Below, one piece after another: positions 46,321 to 59,218 of a stretch of 64,000 nt of DNA (positions within the stretch are counted from its first letter, which is position 1; each line of letters starts with the position of its first letter). This stretch comes from Asterias rubens. Its lineage: Eukaryota. A program made the translations under genes and the position numbers. The DNA lies in the NCBI RefSeq assembly GCF_902459465.1, contig NC_047067.1, positions 62,001 through 126,000 of the forward strand. Direction: 5' to 3'. The notes under the pieces were generated by a model. The model was not told the DNA's origin. It worked only from the letters and a program-made list of their open reading frames with translations, and did not search any database.

Positions 46321-48248
46321 TTTGCTGGAAAGTAACAAACTGTTACGCCCTACTGACCAGGTTTTTGTTTGGGTGGGTGGGGGGGGGGGGTAGGGGTTTG
46401 AAGTAATGCCCCAAAGAACAGGCCCAAGTCACATTGTTCTGAAGGCTTGGCATTTTTTTATTTTTTTTATTACAAAAATATTGATTTTTATATGCACATT
46501 TTCAAGGGCACCAAGGCAATGACTAGGGGCATGTAGGTAATTGCCTCTGTTGCCTTCATGAAGTATCATCATATTATGTAATGCATCATCCTTTTGTCCA
46601 CACTTTACTGAAGAAGTGACCATCTAACCAGTTAAAAACACAGTTTTGTATCATAATAACCTTTTCCTTGTGTAGCATGTGTGCTAATACATAAGTGAAC
46701 CGTAAACTAATAAAACACAACTTTTGGATCTTAATAAACTACATTCTGATTCACGCTTTTATAAGAGACAATGGCAGTAGCACTCGAAGTACAGCTCCAA
46801 TAATTCAAGATGAGTGCTCAAAAATCATAAAGAGGTCACCAGTTCCTAACAAGTACACTAAGTGTGCCTTCTTTAGAAAACAAAATGCCCTATTTTAAAT
46901 AAAAGATGTCATTGGGGGTACTATTAGCTACTAAGCTAGATGAATTCTGCCAATCATCATCTCCGAATGCTGTTAATTGTTGGGACGCTGCCTGAGTTTG
47001 TCTGGACTTTGGATGGACTGATACAATACAACATTAAAGAGCCGCCCGGCTAGAAAAACGTCATTCCCATCAATTATTTTGTATTTAATCATCTTCCCTC
47101 ATTCATACATCGCTGCTACTACAGAGTGGAGAAGTTAAGCCCAAAGGTTTGATGTACCTGCAGTTGTTTGTTATTCCAGGCAGCGTACTTTGCAGAGGTT
47201 GCATAGCAACATAGTTAAATTTTGATCGGATTATATAGTGGATAAGAAGTGCTTTTATCTAGCGACTGTTGGGGGCATTGTTCAAGTGAAAAGAGAAAAA
47301 GGAAAGCAATCGTGAGTAATGAAGCCTGAGGATTGTGGAGATATTACATAGGTGGACCTTTATTTAGAGTCCACTGATTGAATTATTTGTATTGTGTGCT
47401 GTTTTTCTAGTTGTAAAAAGGATTTTACATGCGTACGTATACATTCAAATTGCTTGACATTAAACTCTATCTTTATATCAACGCGGTAAACAAATTTTGA
47501 ATTGCTCAACTTGTAATTTTGTGTGAAATGTCTATTGTTGGACTCGCATGTATCAATACAATAACAAAACATTTGCTTTTCAGTCTTATAAGCTCTAACC
47601 TTTTAAACAATTAACTTCAAGTATTATTTAAAGAATCTCACAATAATCATATTTTTATTTATTTTTTCTGCAGGGGAATGAATGGTTTCAGTGAAACGAG
47701 TGCGCTGAGAATTTGGCTGTCTGATGATGTTATTGAGTAAGTGTCTTAACCCTATAGAACACTCAACCTTTGTGTTTACTGGCAGGCAAGACACAGGCAT
47801 GATACCCAATTCCTACTGTAGTCAGTCTGTCTCTTTATATCTTTGCCAATCGAAAAATTTGACAAATTGTTAGTAACAAGGCCTGACAAGTTCTTTAGAG
47901 CCTTCACCATTATGTAGGTAACCCTTGTTTGTACTTGATCAAGGATTATTGGGGACCAAATATCATGCATAAAGACACCTTACTGGTCACATGGGGAATT
48001 TAACATTTGGTCTCAAACTTTATTCATATTAAAACTTAATAACGATCAGACAGTGCGAATGCCATTTCATATGCTCATTCATAAAACCAAGGCTCAATTT
48101 GCCATATTATGTCTTTGATAAATTCTTCTGTCAATAAACATTTGGGTTTCTTCGTCAGTTTTAGCTCTTAATATTAATGATTCAATGTTATAACCTCCCC
48201 CCCCCCCCCCCGACCTCCTCTTCCATTAATCCCTTCTCAATCTTTAGG

Positions 48249-48393
48249 ATGCATCTGACAGAGGCTGACTCGGTGGAACGGTGGTTGCAGGATTTGAGAA
48301 TGATGACAGATTGTGAATGTATGTGCATACTGCAGGGCAAACCTATCAGGACATCGGCCCATAACATTGCCAAAGTCACCTCCAGTGCAAGAG
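48249..48393 (+). CDS. insc: insc coding exon 1 (LGN-binding motif)
   Basis: tctttag|g ATG CAT CTG...; donor AGAG|gtttgt. Confidence 0.9.
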
Positions 48394-48972
48394 GTTTGTC
48401 AAACTCTAATAACTAATACTGGGTTCTTATGTAGCACTTTATTACACCCTTTGGTGTGTATTAAACTGCCCATTAACTGTTTTTCTTATATATTTTGAGT
48501 AATGAGACCCGTGTGAGAACCAAGAGCTTAAGTTCAGAGTGTTTGACCACTCAACCACGCCACAATATTTATTTGCTCTTATAAACATAGTTTCCCAAGT
48601 CTGTAGCCAGCCTCTGCCTGTTTTACAGATATTTCCATGGTAAATGTTCCACCAGTCTATCCAACCTTGTTCCTCCTGTCAGGGTGTTTGAGCGCGAGAC
48701 CAGGCTTTCTGCTTGTTCTCATCCTTATACTGTGGCTATGCCAAGATGTAGAACAAAGAGCTACTCCAGTAGCTTTTTCCCTCGTACTGCATCTCTTTGG
48801 AACTCCTTGCCTGGTGCATGTTTCCCTTCATCCTATGATCTTCCATCTTTTAAGAGGAATGTCAATTCCTACCTTCAGCTCCACTGAGTTTCTGCATGTT
48901 TATGTTTTCTTCCTTGTAGCCCTTAACCTAGAGTGGCTTTTAGCCTTGTTTGGGGCGACTTGCATAATAATA

Positions 48973-49010
<38 letters not shown>

Positions 49011-52000
49011 TCTCAAATATTCAGTACTGAAGTATGATGGTTCTTTTTGAATACCTGCAATTTGTATAATTAAAGCACCATGTTGCAATGTTTCAGTGTT
49101 TTCCTGTGGAGCTTTATACTTCTTTTGTATTTCTTCAATAGCTTTTTGCAACAAAGACCTTTCATGTTATTGGTGTCTTGATATTCTTATTGTTATTCTT
49201 TATTTGGCCATTAAACAATTACAAACAGACAGTATGTAAAGTGAATATACAAATAGAAAAGTAAATCAAAAAGCAACCTGAACTGTAAGAGCACAAGAAA
49301 TTTACAAAAAAAAACAACCCAAATGTGATGGCCAGGATCAACAAAAGTGTAACTAACATTGTAGCTTGAAGCCTTTGGAGCCAGTCACATAGGGAGGCAA
49401 AAACAATTCATACATGTATGATACTCTCTATGGAAAACTAAATGGAAATTTAGGATGAATATAATTTATAATCTGTATAAAGAAAGCACAACATTAAAAA
49501 AAATATGGAAGGTCAGCAAAGGTGGAATACAACATGGGCTATTCAGTAACTCAAAAAGGCTTCATAATATTCAGTCACTTTTAAGATTGAGAGCACTTTG
49601 CGAAAATTGACAAACCGTCTTTCAAATACCTTCCATTAGATTGTTTTTTTTGACACAGAATACTGGTTTGAATTAAGCCAAGGTGGGTCAAGGTAAGACG
49701 AGACTGGTAGCCTATTCATTAACTCAAAAGGCTTAATATTCAATCTTTTTGAAGCTTTAATGGAGGAGTTCTTTGTACAAACTGGAAATGTCTTTTGGTA
49801 GTTGCCTTCCAAAGTATTGGTCTTTTGATTTGGTTCCTTGCTCTATGGTCACACGTAATGGTCTGAATTGAGCCATGTTGGGTCAAGGGAGGTCAGTAAG
49901 GGCAAATGAGACTATTACAGTAACTTTCTGGCTGAACAATATTTAATCGATTTGAAACATCGCTAGATTAACGCCAATAAACCTGATGTGACCTTTTTTG
50001 TTCAGATCAGACCTGCGGTTGGGGAGTAGCTCATTTGTATCAAGTGTAATTAGTTGATACAGAAGGGTTTTCAGAGATGTGGCAGTCTTACACACCCTGG
50101 TTAGAATAGTGCGATTGTTAAGAACATGGTTCAGTGCTGATGGTTTTTTATTTACAAAAGCGTGAACGAGTTTTTAGACTGTATCAATTTATATCTACCA
50201 AATCAAATTTTGTTTATGGCTTTTTTTATCACTGATATGGCTGAAATGTGTATACAATGTTACTCAGCAACTCTTCCAGTTGGTTGTACAAAGACTGTGT
50301 TTATAAAAGTGTCTCTAATGCACCAAGCACCTATCCCTAGCATAAACGACAAAGTCCTATTTTGTTCTTGGGGAAAAATGTTGTCAGAGTAGAAGGTTAC
50401 AGTAGTTTTTTGTAATTCATGTACCTGTTTTATAATGTAACATTTTAAGCAAACCATACTAGCATTTAAAGGCAAAAAACAAAAAGCAAACAAACACCCC
50501 GGCGAACAAACAAAGACCAAATCCACCTGTGTTCGAACCATATCACAGATGAAAATCCACAGATCTATGAACATATGTTCATATAACCAAAAAAGAATGC
50601 AAGTCAACTGAATACTGGATTAGCACTGACAAACATCTGAATCAACTTTTTGTTAAGAAGACAATGAAGAAGTTTCAGTTTTAGATGTGGGAGGAAAATC
50701 CCTTCAGGGAAAACCCAAGCAGTCAGGTAGGGACTGAAAACCCCAATCATGCAATGCAAGGCAACGGTCCAGAATTGAGCCAGGGGTCGATTTCACAAAG
50801 AGTTAAGACTACTAGGACTACTAGGACTAGTCCTAGGAGATATACAAATTGCATGGATAACCTAAGTTAAGACGTGTAACTGGTCCTAACTGGAGATAAG
50901 ACTAGTCCTAACTCTTTGTTAAATCCACCCCATGGTCCACAGAGGTGAAAGGCAGAGCAAGAAATCACTGTGCCAACCTGACTACCTTCTAATGCATTTT
51001 CCAGACATTTTGCAGACTCGTTTGTGCAGAACCGCCATGCACCAACAAGTGAAGCAAGCATTATGCAACCCTCCGAAATCAAGAAGTTATAAACCCTACA
51101 AAATCCAGGTATAAACCCTCCAAAATCCAGGTATAAACCCTCCAAAATCCAGGTATAAACCCTCCAAAATCCAGGTATAAACCCTCCAAAATCCAGGTAT
51201 AAACCCTCCAAAATCCAGGAATAAACTCTCCAGAATCTGCTTTGGGATGATGTTTGATTGCAGAGGGTTGAAAACTGCAGTCACAAATAAGAATGGATTA
51301 TCACTGACTAGGCCAGGCAATAACAATCTGATCTAAGACTGTCCGTTACGGTGTCGAGTGATCATTGTTGAGTGGTAGATAGCGTAAGATTGAGCAAGGA
51401 GCAAATGCTATTGGGGGATTGTGCTTTTTCTATTGCTGCAGTATGTATGATCGAGAATAATCTTCCTGAGAACAAACAAACATTCGCTTAGCCATAGGTC
51501 CAGTTTGAAACCAGTAGTCTCCTCAGGATGGTGTACCACTGCCATGTGTCCTATGGTCTTGTAGATTTTCCCTAAAAATGCAAACCCTTTGTGTATAAAT
51601 CATCTGTCTAAAAAGTCTTTTTTTCTAATGTGCTGTATGTGGTTGATCCTGTATGAAAACCTTAATCTCAATTGTTATCTGGATTAACAGTTTTTCTCTT
51701 TGTGATCCTGATGTTATCTCATACTTCACCCAGAGTGATGTGCTGTTTATAAGGATAGATTACTGTAACAGTGAGAGGTTTAACCAATTGTCTTTTTGAT
51801 GCTCATCTTAAAGATTCAGCTGATTAGCATGATCTTGTCACTGACTAAGACCCCATCAAGGACACAGTCCTTATTGATCACGTCATATAATTAGATTTAT
51901 CTTGTCAAAGACAGCATTAGATTGATCTGATCAAGGCCAAAGATGGTAAGCCTTTGCTCATCTCTTTGTTGATATTAGTTGTTTTATTTTTACTTGAGTA

Positions 52001-55000
52001 TATTTTGGCTGTTTGTCCTGGCCGAGCTATAATTCACCGGACCCAAGCTCTGGTGTTGTCGGTTCAAATCCCAGTCATAACACTTGTGCACTTAACCATG
52101 CTTCGTAACAGTTAGAAAGGTAGTGCATTCTGTTTTCATTGTTAAAGTTCCCTGTTGGAGGGACAGACGTATCCCAATACTTTTGTTTGGGCACTGGCCT
52201 GGCGACCAGTCTTTTTTCTTTGTCTTTTTGTCTACTCTGTGCTTTTTAACATGTGTTCTGCGCCTTTGATCATTTTGTAAGTTAGGGGGCAACATAAATT
52301 TTAGATATTACTACTATTATTGTTTGATCCCCTTACAGACTGAATGGGTCACCCTGTTTCAGCCCCATGAGTACATAGGTGGGAACATGTTTGGGGCAAC
52401 ATTCCAAATTGGTTAGGTGTAGCCTTCACCTTGAAGTGGTTGTCCAGCCTTGTCGTATTGTTCAACAATGTCTCATCCAAAAAATGTTGATATAATTATT
52501 TTCTTTTTTAAATGTGAAATGTTTGTTGATAAGTTCCTGCTGAGTGTTTTTTTAACTATTTAAATAATTCAAATTCTTTAAAGTGCTAAACGAAGCTTAA
52601 TTATGTAGATTTCTCTCTGTTTACCATCTTTCCCATAGATAATATCTACATCCTTAGACAGCGGGCGAGTTCAATATCAGCAGACTTTGCCAAGCTTTAT
52701 TGGTAAGTTATAGACAGACGATGGTGAGCCTAACAGGCCTCCTAGCCCAATCATATTCATCATACAGTCTAATAAAAATAAACTGTTTTGGACTGTACTA
52801 CATAGGCTATGAGGGTGTTCCAGTAGGTGATGGTTCCATGATATTAAGATTGTAGTATTTCTTCCTGAAATTTGTAGCCAGCTAAAAGAAGACATGTCTT
52901 GTAATGTCTGTCTCTTTTCCCAGTCATTATTGTGTACGCCTCAAAAGTAGTGTATCGGGTACATGTAGTACCAGTGTTTAATCTTAGATAGACTTTCTGT
53001 CTGTTTTACTTTTGCTATGTATTATTACAAGTAAGTTCTTTGCACTTCATGTTATTTCTTTGCAATTTTGCCAAGATTATACAAATATTTCATAAATCTT
53101 GCATTAGCCATGACTGAAAGTAGGCTTGTAATACTAGTTAATATTGTGCAAATTTGTCCTTGATCGTGTACCAGTGAAATAACCTGAGTGCTTGACTCGG
53201 TACAAAGCAATGTTGATATAAAATGGGACATTCGCTGCTGGATAAACACTTCAGTTTTACATTTATGAAGGGTTTTAATAACATTTGTACTGAAGTGATT
53301 GTTTACAGTGATCTTCCAACCAACCACGATCTGTTTGTTATGTTGACTTTGGGTTCTTGACTTTGAGACCTCAGAATTAGAATTTGAGGTCCTGAAATCT
53401 AGCATCTGAAAGCATGCAACGTTGTGTGATGAAAGTGTTTTTTCTTCCACTATTAATCTTGCAACTTGGACGACCAATTGAGTTAAAATTTTCACAGGTT
53501 TGTCTTGTTATATGTTGAGATACAGCAAGTGGGAAGACTGGTCTTGACAATTACCAATATTGTCCAGTGTATTTAAATGTTGCATTTTAATACAAGCTGT
53601 CTGCTTCTCATATTGTCTCAAAAGGGTTACAAATAATTTATTGCCTCATATAAACCAATCCAATGTTTTGACTGTCTCGCTATTCTTTCCTCCACAGTAA
53701 ACTTGATTCTGGTGTATGGGATCAGATTCATTGGTTATGTCTTTCATTGACGATACGCCTGCGCACATTCCTTCATGACTGCACCTCGTTTGTTCCTTCA
53801 ATGCCTTTGCATCTGTTTCAGGTATGTGGTTTCTTTGTTGGTCATGCTAGATTGAACTACTCGCAAGATTAGATTTTCTATTATCTGCTCTGTTAATTCT
53901 TAGATGCCCGACTGACTTTCCATAATGATCTTTATGATTCAGGAATTCAGCTGATCAGATGATTTCATCTTTAATTTGGGTTATTATTACACAGTATTTT
54001 AAGGGAATATATACATGTACAGTGGGTAATCACTCTTAAAACTAATGGCAGTAAAAACCTTTTGTAAGAAGCCTACAGCTGCTTTCAGTAGAAAGTATTT
54101 TGATAGTAATAAAAATCAGTCTTTATGCCCCAAAATTTGAATTTGAGAAGCGTTAATGTCAGTAATGTTTCATAGATTGTGTATTCCTAGTAGGGATTTC
54201 CTCTGCATGGACATAGTCGCTCAGGATTTCCTGCACTATCTTTTGTAGTGACAACCTTTTGTAGTGTGTGCTCCTGCAATTTCCTTTTGTTTTCAATAAA
54301 GATATTGCACCTCTGATGAATGAGTTAGAATGACTGTGGCAAAGTTTTGGAAATTTGGGCATTCCAGTTACTCCCCTTATCTGGTACTTGAATAGTGTAT
54401 GTCTGGTCTTCAAGGAATGTACATCAATATTACTTGGACTTCCCTTAACCCCTCAGAAGTAAATGGGTGGAATGAATGTCTCAAGTGTCACCTCTAGCCA
54501 ACCTTGTTCTGGTTCAATACCTGTCTAGGGCCATGTATCGGTTCTCTCTTATACCATAAATGGTTTACTGTTAGGCTCTCTGGTTTCCCTCCCTTTGCAA
54601 AATCAAACATTTTCAATGTCTGGTTATATATTCTACAGTCATATATGGGTCAATGTGGCTGGCTGCCAAAAGGTGCCCTTACATGCCTACAGCTAGACCT
54701 ACCGCATCCCATGCATTTCAGCTTCTCAGCTCTGGTAAAGGATGATTATTAGCCTCCCTCATTATAATTACATTGAGCTTCAGTATTTCATTGAAAGTGA
54801 TGACAAGTTTAGACAACCACAAGCAATTAGGAGAAAACAGCCTTCTTTCCAACATAGGTTAATAAACTTGTACAATGATTTCATAGCCTGGGTTTACCTT
54901 CTTACACTTTTCTTGTTTCATACAGCAACAACACACAGTCTTACAGGAGTGCGCCAGGCTAGTCAAGCATGCTGAGAGGTACGCTGCCAAGTGTGGAATA

Positions 55001-58000
55001 ATTATTTTGTGATATGGATCTACATCTCAACTTCATAATTTGTGATATGGATCAATATCTTGTCTTCATCATCTCAATGATGATTAAATTACAAAAGTCA
55101 AAATGTTGAGAATCAATCAAGTTTGTTTCATCTCAGATCCATCGTCCCTCCTCAAGAAATTAATCACATGACATGCATGGTGTACAGTAAGATTTAAGTA
55201 ATATCTACATGGTCTGCTTCACTCTACTTACCTGTAGAGCGAATACTACAATTGCATTGATGGGGTGGGGTACTATGACTTCAAATCAGACCGTTGTTAC
55301 TGTTGAAACCGAGGCCTTAGTTGCTATAGATCTGTATCATACAGCAACAATTTTATAGAGTATTTACTTATCTATGACCCTACATTCATAAATACCCCAG
55401 ACAGTTTCGCTACACTCCTATTGGTGCAGAGCGTGTCACGTTGGGGGCTGTTTAAACGGTTGATAATGACAAGCTGGAGCTATTTATAATTGGCTGTACC
55501 TGTATAGTTCATTCTTTATTTTGACAATGTTCTTCTGTGTTGTTTAGCTTTGAGGGTATGAATGGGACCCTGCCCCCAGCTGTGCCTACATTGAAAGTCT
55601 TGAGTGGTCTTGGCAAGACATTTAACGGGTTAGTCCACATGGTGCAAGCAATCCTGATTCAGGTACTGTACAGTTAATTTGGGTTTTTATCAAATGGAAA
55701 TGGTGTGAGTTAAAACGAATAGAATACCTAAGTTAATCGGTCCTTTGTTCCTTAAAATAAGTTATGAATTAATCATAATTATGCTTGTTTATTATATAGC
55801 ACACTTATGTAGTAACTAGATCAAGGCGATTAACAACATTATTATCCTTGTTTATCGGGCATACTTTTAGACACTGCCAACTCCATGGGGAGCATACAAC
55901 CCAAATGTTAAGAGAAGCTAGGGAAGTTAAGAGAAGTACCTTGCCCAAGAATGAAGTGTCATGATCAGGAGTTTTAAAGTTAGATGGAATATATGTTTGT
56001 TGTTATTTTAACTTATTCTAGACCATCGTGAAAAGTATTCAAGATTCTGCCAGTGAATACAACATAAAAATTGCAGTCAACTCAGTGCATTGTTTGTCAG
56101 AGGATGGGAATGAGATGTGCCGGTTATTAGCAAAGGTGAGTGTACATGTAGTTGACTGCTTTTACTTGTTCCTTTCTGTATTATTCACATTCTCTTCATT
56201 CCCCTTATTTCCCCATACACTTGACTTATCTAATTATAGATTGGGAGGTCAGGTTGAAATGTCCATTCAAGAAAGCAACTCTTTTGATGTAACAATAGAT
56301 CAATGACCATTGCTCTTAAATGTTTGGTGATCACTCCTAAAAATTAGTGCCAATAAAAACTTAAGAATTATGAGAATCATTTCCTTTTGAAGTAATGTGG
56401 TTATAGAAAAATATATCAGTTTTTATCCCCAAAATATGAATCTGAGATACATTACGAATCATTCTTCCTGCTCTGGATTTGTAACAATCACATTTTGAAT
56501 CCAAATTTTCACAGGATAGTATTGTTGTTATGTTTTTACAGGATTAAAATAGTTGAATGGTTCCAAAAGGTAAATACTTTGCCTTGTATGAATAATGAAA
56601 TATTTGTTTTCTGAAAGGGCATTCATGATCATTTCTCGTTCCAATATGAATCAGTTCCCCTACTTGTGCTTTCAAGGCTCAGTAATCTCTGGTTGTGTAT
56701 TGGGTGCGAGTCTTTCTTTAACAAGTAGCGAAAAACATTGGCAGTCAGTGGATCAGCAAATTAGATTCCATATACACCCTCCCAAGGAAAATACCTGGGC
56801 AGGAAAACATTTTCTAATAATGAGTATTGACTTTTGTTTTCTTGTCACAGGAGGGCGCTATACAATCTCTTCTTGAACTCTGCCAGCAGGCATCTCTTAA
56901 TTCCATGAAGCCAGTTGCTCTAAGAACGGTGGCTAATTTATGCAATGTTGCCGAGGGAAGGCAAGAGCTAGAAAGAGTGAGCGAGAAACTTTGTGTTAAT
57001 TGACAAGTCTTAATCAACAAGTTTTACGTTTACCTAAATATGCATTGTTTCATATAACCTCAAGATGTCCAACCCATCTAAATCCAGCTGCATATTTTGT
57101 ACGATTTTGTTGGACTGTGAGGACAGCATTAAACTGATTATTTGTTGCAGGGTACCAGGCTTACCAGGAGCACCATCAGAGTCAAACTCATATTCAAATC
57201 CTCTAACATTATATTTTAATATTTCAACAAGTTTTACGTTTACTTAAATATGCATTGTTTCATATAACCTCAAGATGTCCAACCCATCTAAATCCAGCTG
57301 CATATTTTGTACGATTTTGTTGGAGTGTGAGGACAGCATTAAACTGATTATTTGTTGCAGGGTACCAGGCTTACCAGGAGCACCATCAGAGTCAAACTTA
57401 TATTCAAATTCTCTTACATTATATTTTAATATTTCAATTGTGCACATGATTATGTTGAAATTATGCAGGTATTACCAATTTATTTAACTGTGGTAAAGTG
57501 AGTTATGTACGACTGACTCTAAACCAAGGACACTGATTGGAAAGGTTTGACCTCCCTATAGTACACACCATACGCTGTTGCTTGACAACACAACATCAAC
57601 GATGGAACATCACTCAATTCCCCATTGCTTGATCTATTGAGTGAGAAAGTATCCTTTCATTCACTAAAGAGATTTGGGGTTGTAAAAATACCCTGTTTTG
57701 GGGTTTCTTATGACACAAGGAGACAACTATTGAACAACCAAACTATTTTACCGTATTATTCTTAATTTAATAAACAGTGGTACATATGTGTTTTTTAGCT
57801 GTGCAAAACAGTTTTTATGTAAAATGTATCTTAAAATTTGGTTGAATAGGCCTACTTGTAGTCAATAGGCCTATACTTGTAGGAACGTTGTAGTCTTTCT
57901 TGTCAAGTGATAATAGTTTCCCATAATAAAGAAAAGTTTGTTGAGATTTTAGGTCAAAATGTTTATTTCCACAAACTTCAGAATATTTTTAACTTTGTTT

Positions 58001-59186
58001 TGTTATAAATTTGCCAGTTGTAAAATTGATATAGGCAAATTTCTCTAGAATGTGACTTTTACTTTTAACAAAAACAGTTATTTCTGACAGTTGCTTATAG
58101 TACAGTATGTTAATTAAACAGTGTTACTTATATCAGTGGAGGTTTAGAAAGTGTTAGGCCTATTCTTTGCCCTGCTGTACAATTAATGACAATCATCCTG
58201 TTCATTGTGAATGTTTTACAGCCCAGTGGGGTAGGGTATGTTGGAGAATGACAAGTTGTTTGTTATGATTGTTTTACAGGCCAGTGGGGTAGAATACCTG
58301 AGTGAAATTTTATCATCTCCAACATCGACAGAGTCGGTGAAGGCGGAGGCAGCCTCTGTCATAGCCCAGATCACATCTCCAAGTATTGACAACTATCATC
58401 ACTTACTGGGCTTCATTGAATACATGGAGGACCTCCTTAAAGAATTAACCGGTAATAAACATTTTTATGGCTCACGATTCTCATGTTAACTATAACAGTA
58501 ATAATAACTAGTTCTTATATAGCATTTTTTACAATAATGCACTACAGTACCCTGGACACTGGGCCAATACCATTTCTTTAATCTTTCTCAGCTCCCTTGA
58601 GGTATACGTACAGCCCCTGGCTTCCATGGAGCTCAAAGCTTTTTCAAACACAATATCAACCTCAGAAAGTTTTTCCCAGAAGGACATGAGGTTTCGCGAG
58701 GGCTTGGCTCAAAGGCAGAGTTTGTCACATTTCATTTTTAATGTTAAATTCATCATATGACAACAAAATATTGTTAACTTAAAATTTTAGGAATAAAAAC
58801 CACAGTTGATTTATTTATTTCTTCTTTACCTTGGGGAAACCTTCAGTAAAACACTGATTTCCAGAGGTGCTCAGCAACTACATACACAGTTACACCTTCA
58901 AGTTCCATGCTTCTCCTCATTGAACCCAAGTCTCGACACTCATGGGGTGACAGGTCTTTTTCTTCAGCCGCGCCACGCATCTGGTACTCTCTACCACTTA
59001 ATCTTCGATCTTGTGTTTGTACCGCAAAATTCAAGTCTCTTCTCAAAACTTATCTAATGTCACGGGTTTTCAATGACTAATTTTGTTGTGTCTGTTTTTC
59101 CTTGTGTTGTGTTTTGTTTTTGTTTTGTTTTTGGTTTTACTGCGCCTTGAACACCCAGCAGGGTGGATATGTGCGCATTACAAGTC

Positions 59187-59218
<32 letters not shown>

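Noticed and set aside
54742-54925. ORF upstream of insc exon 4 as an extra coding exon
   Set aside because: No Inscuteable similarity, and exons 3 and 4 already join in phase without it.
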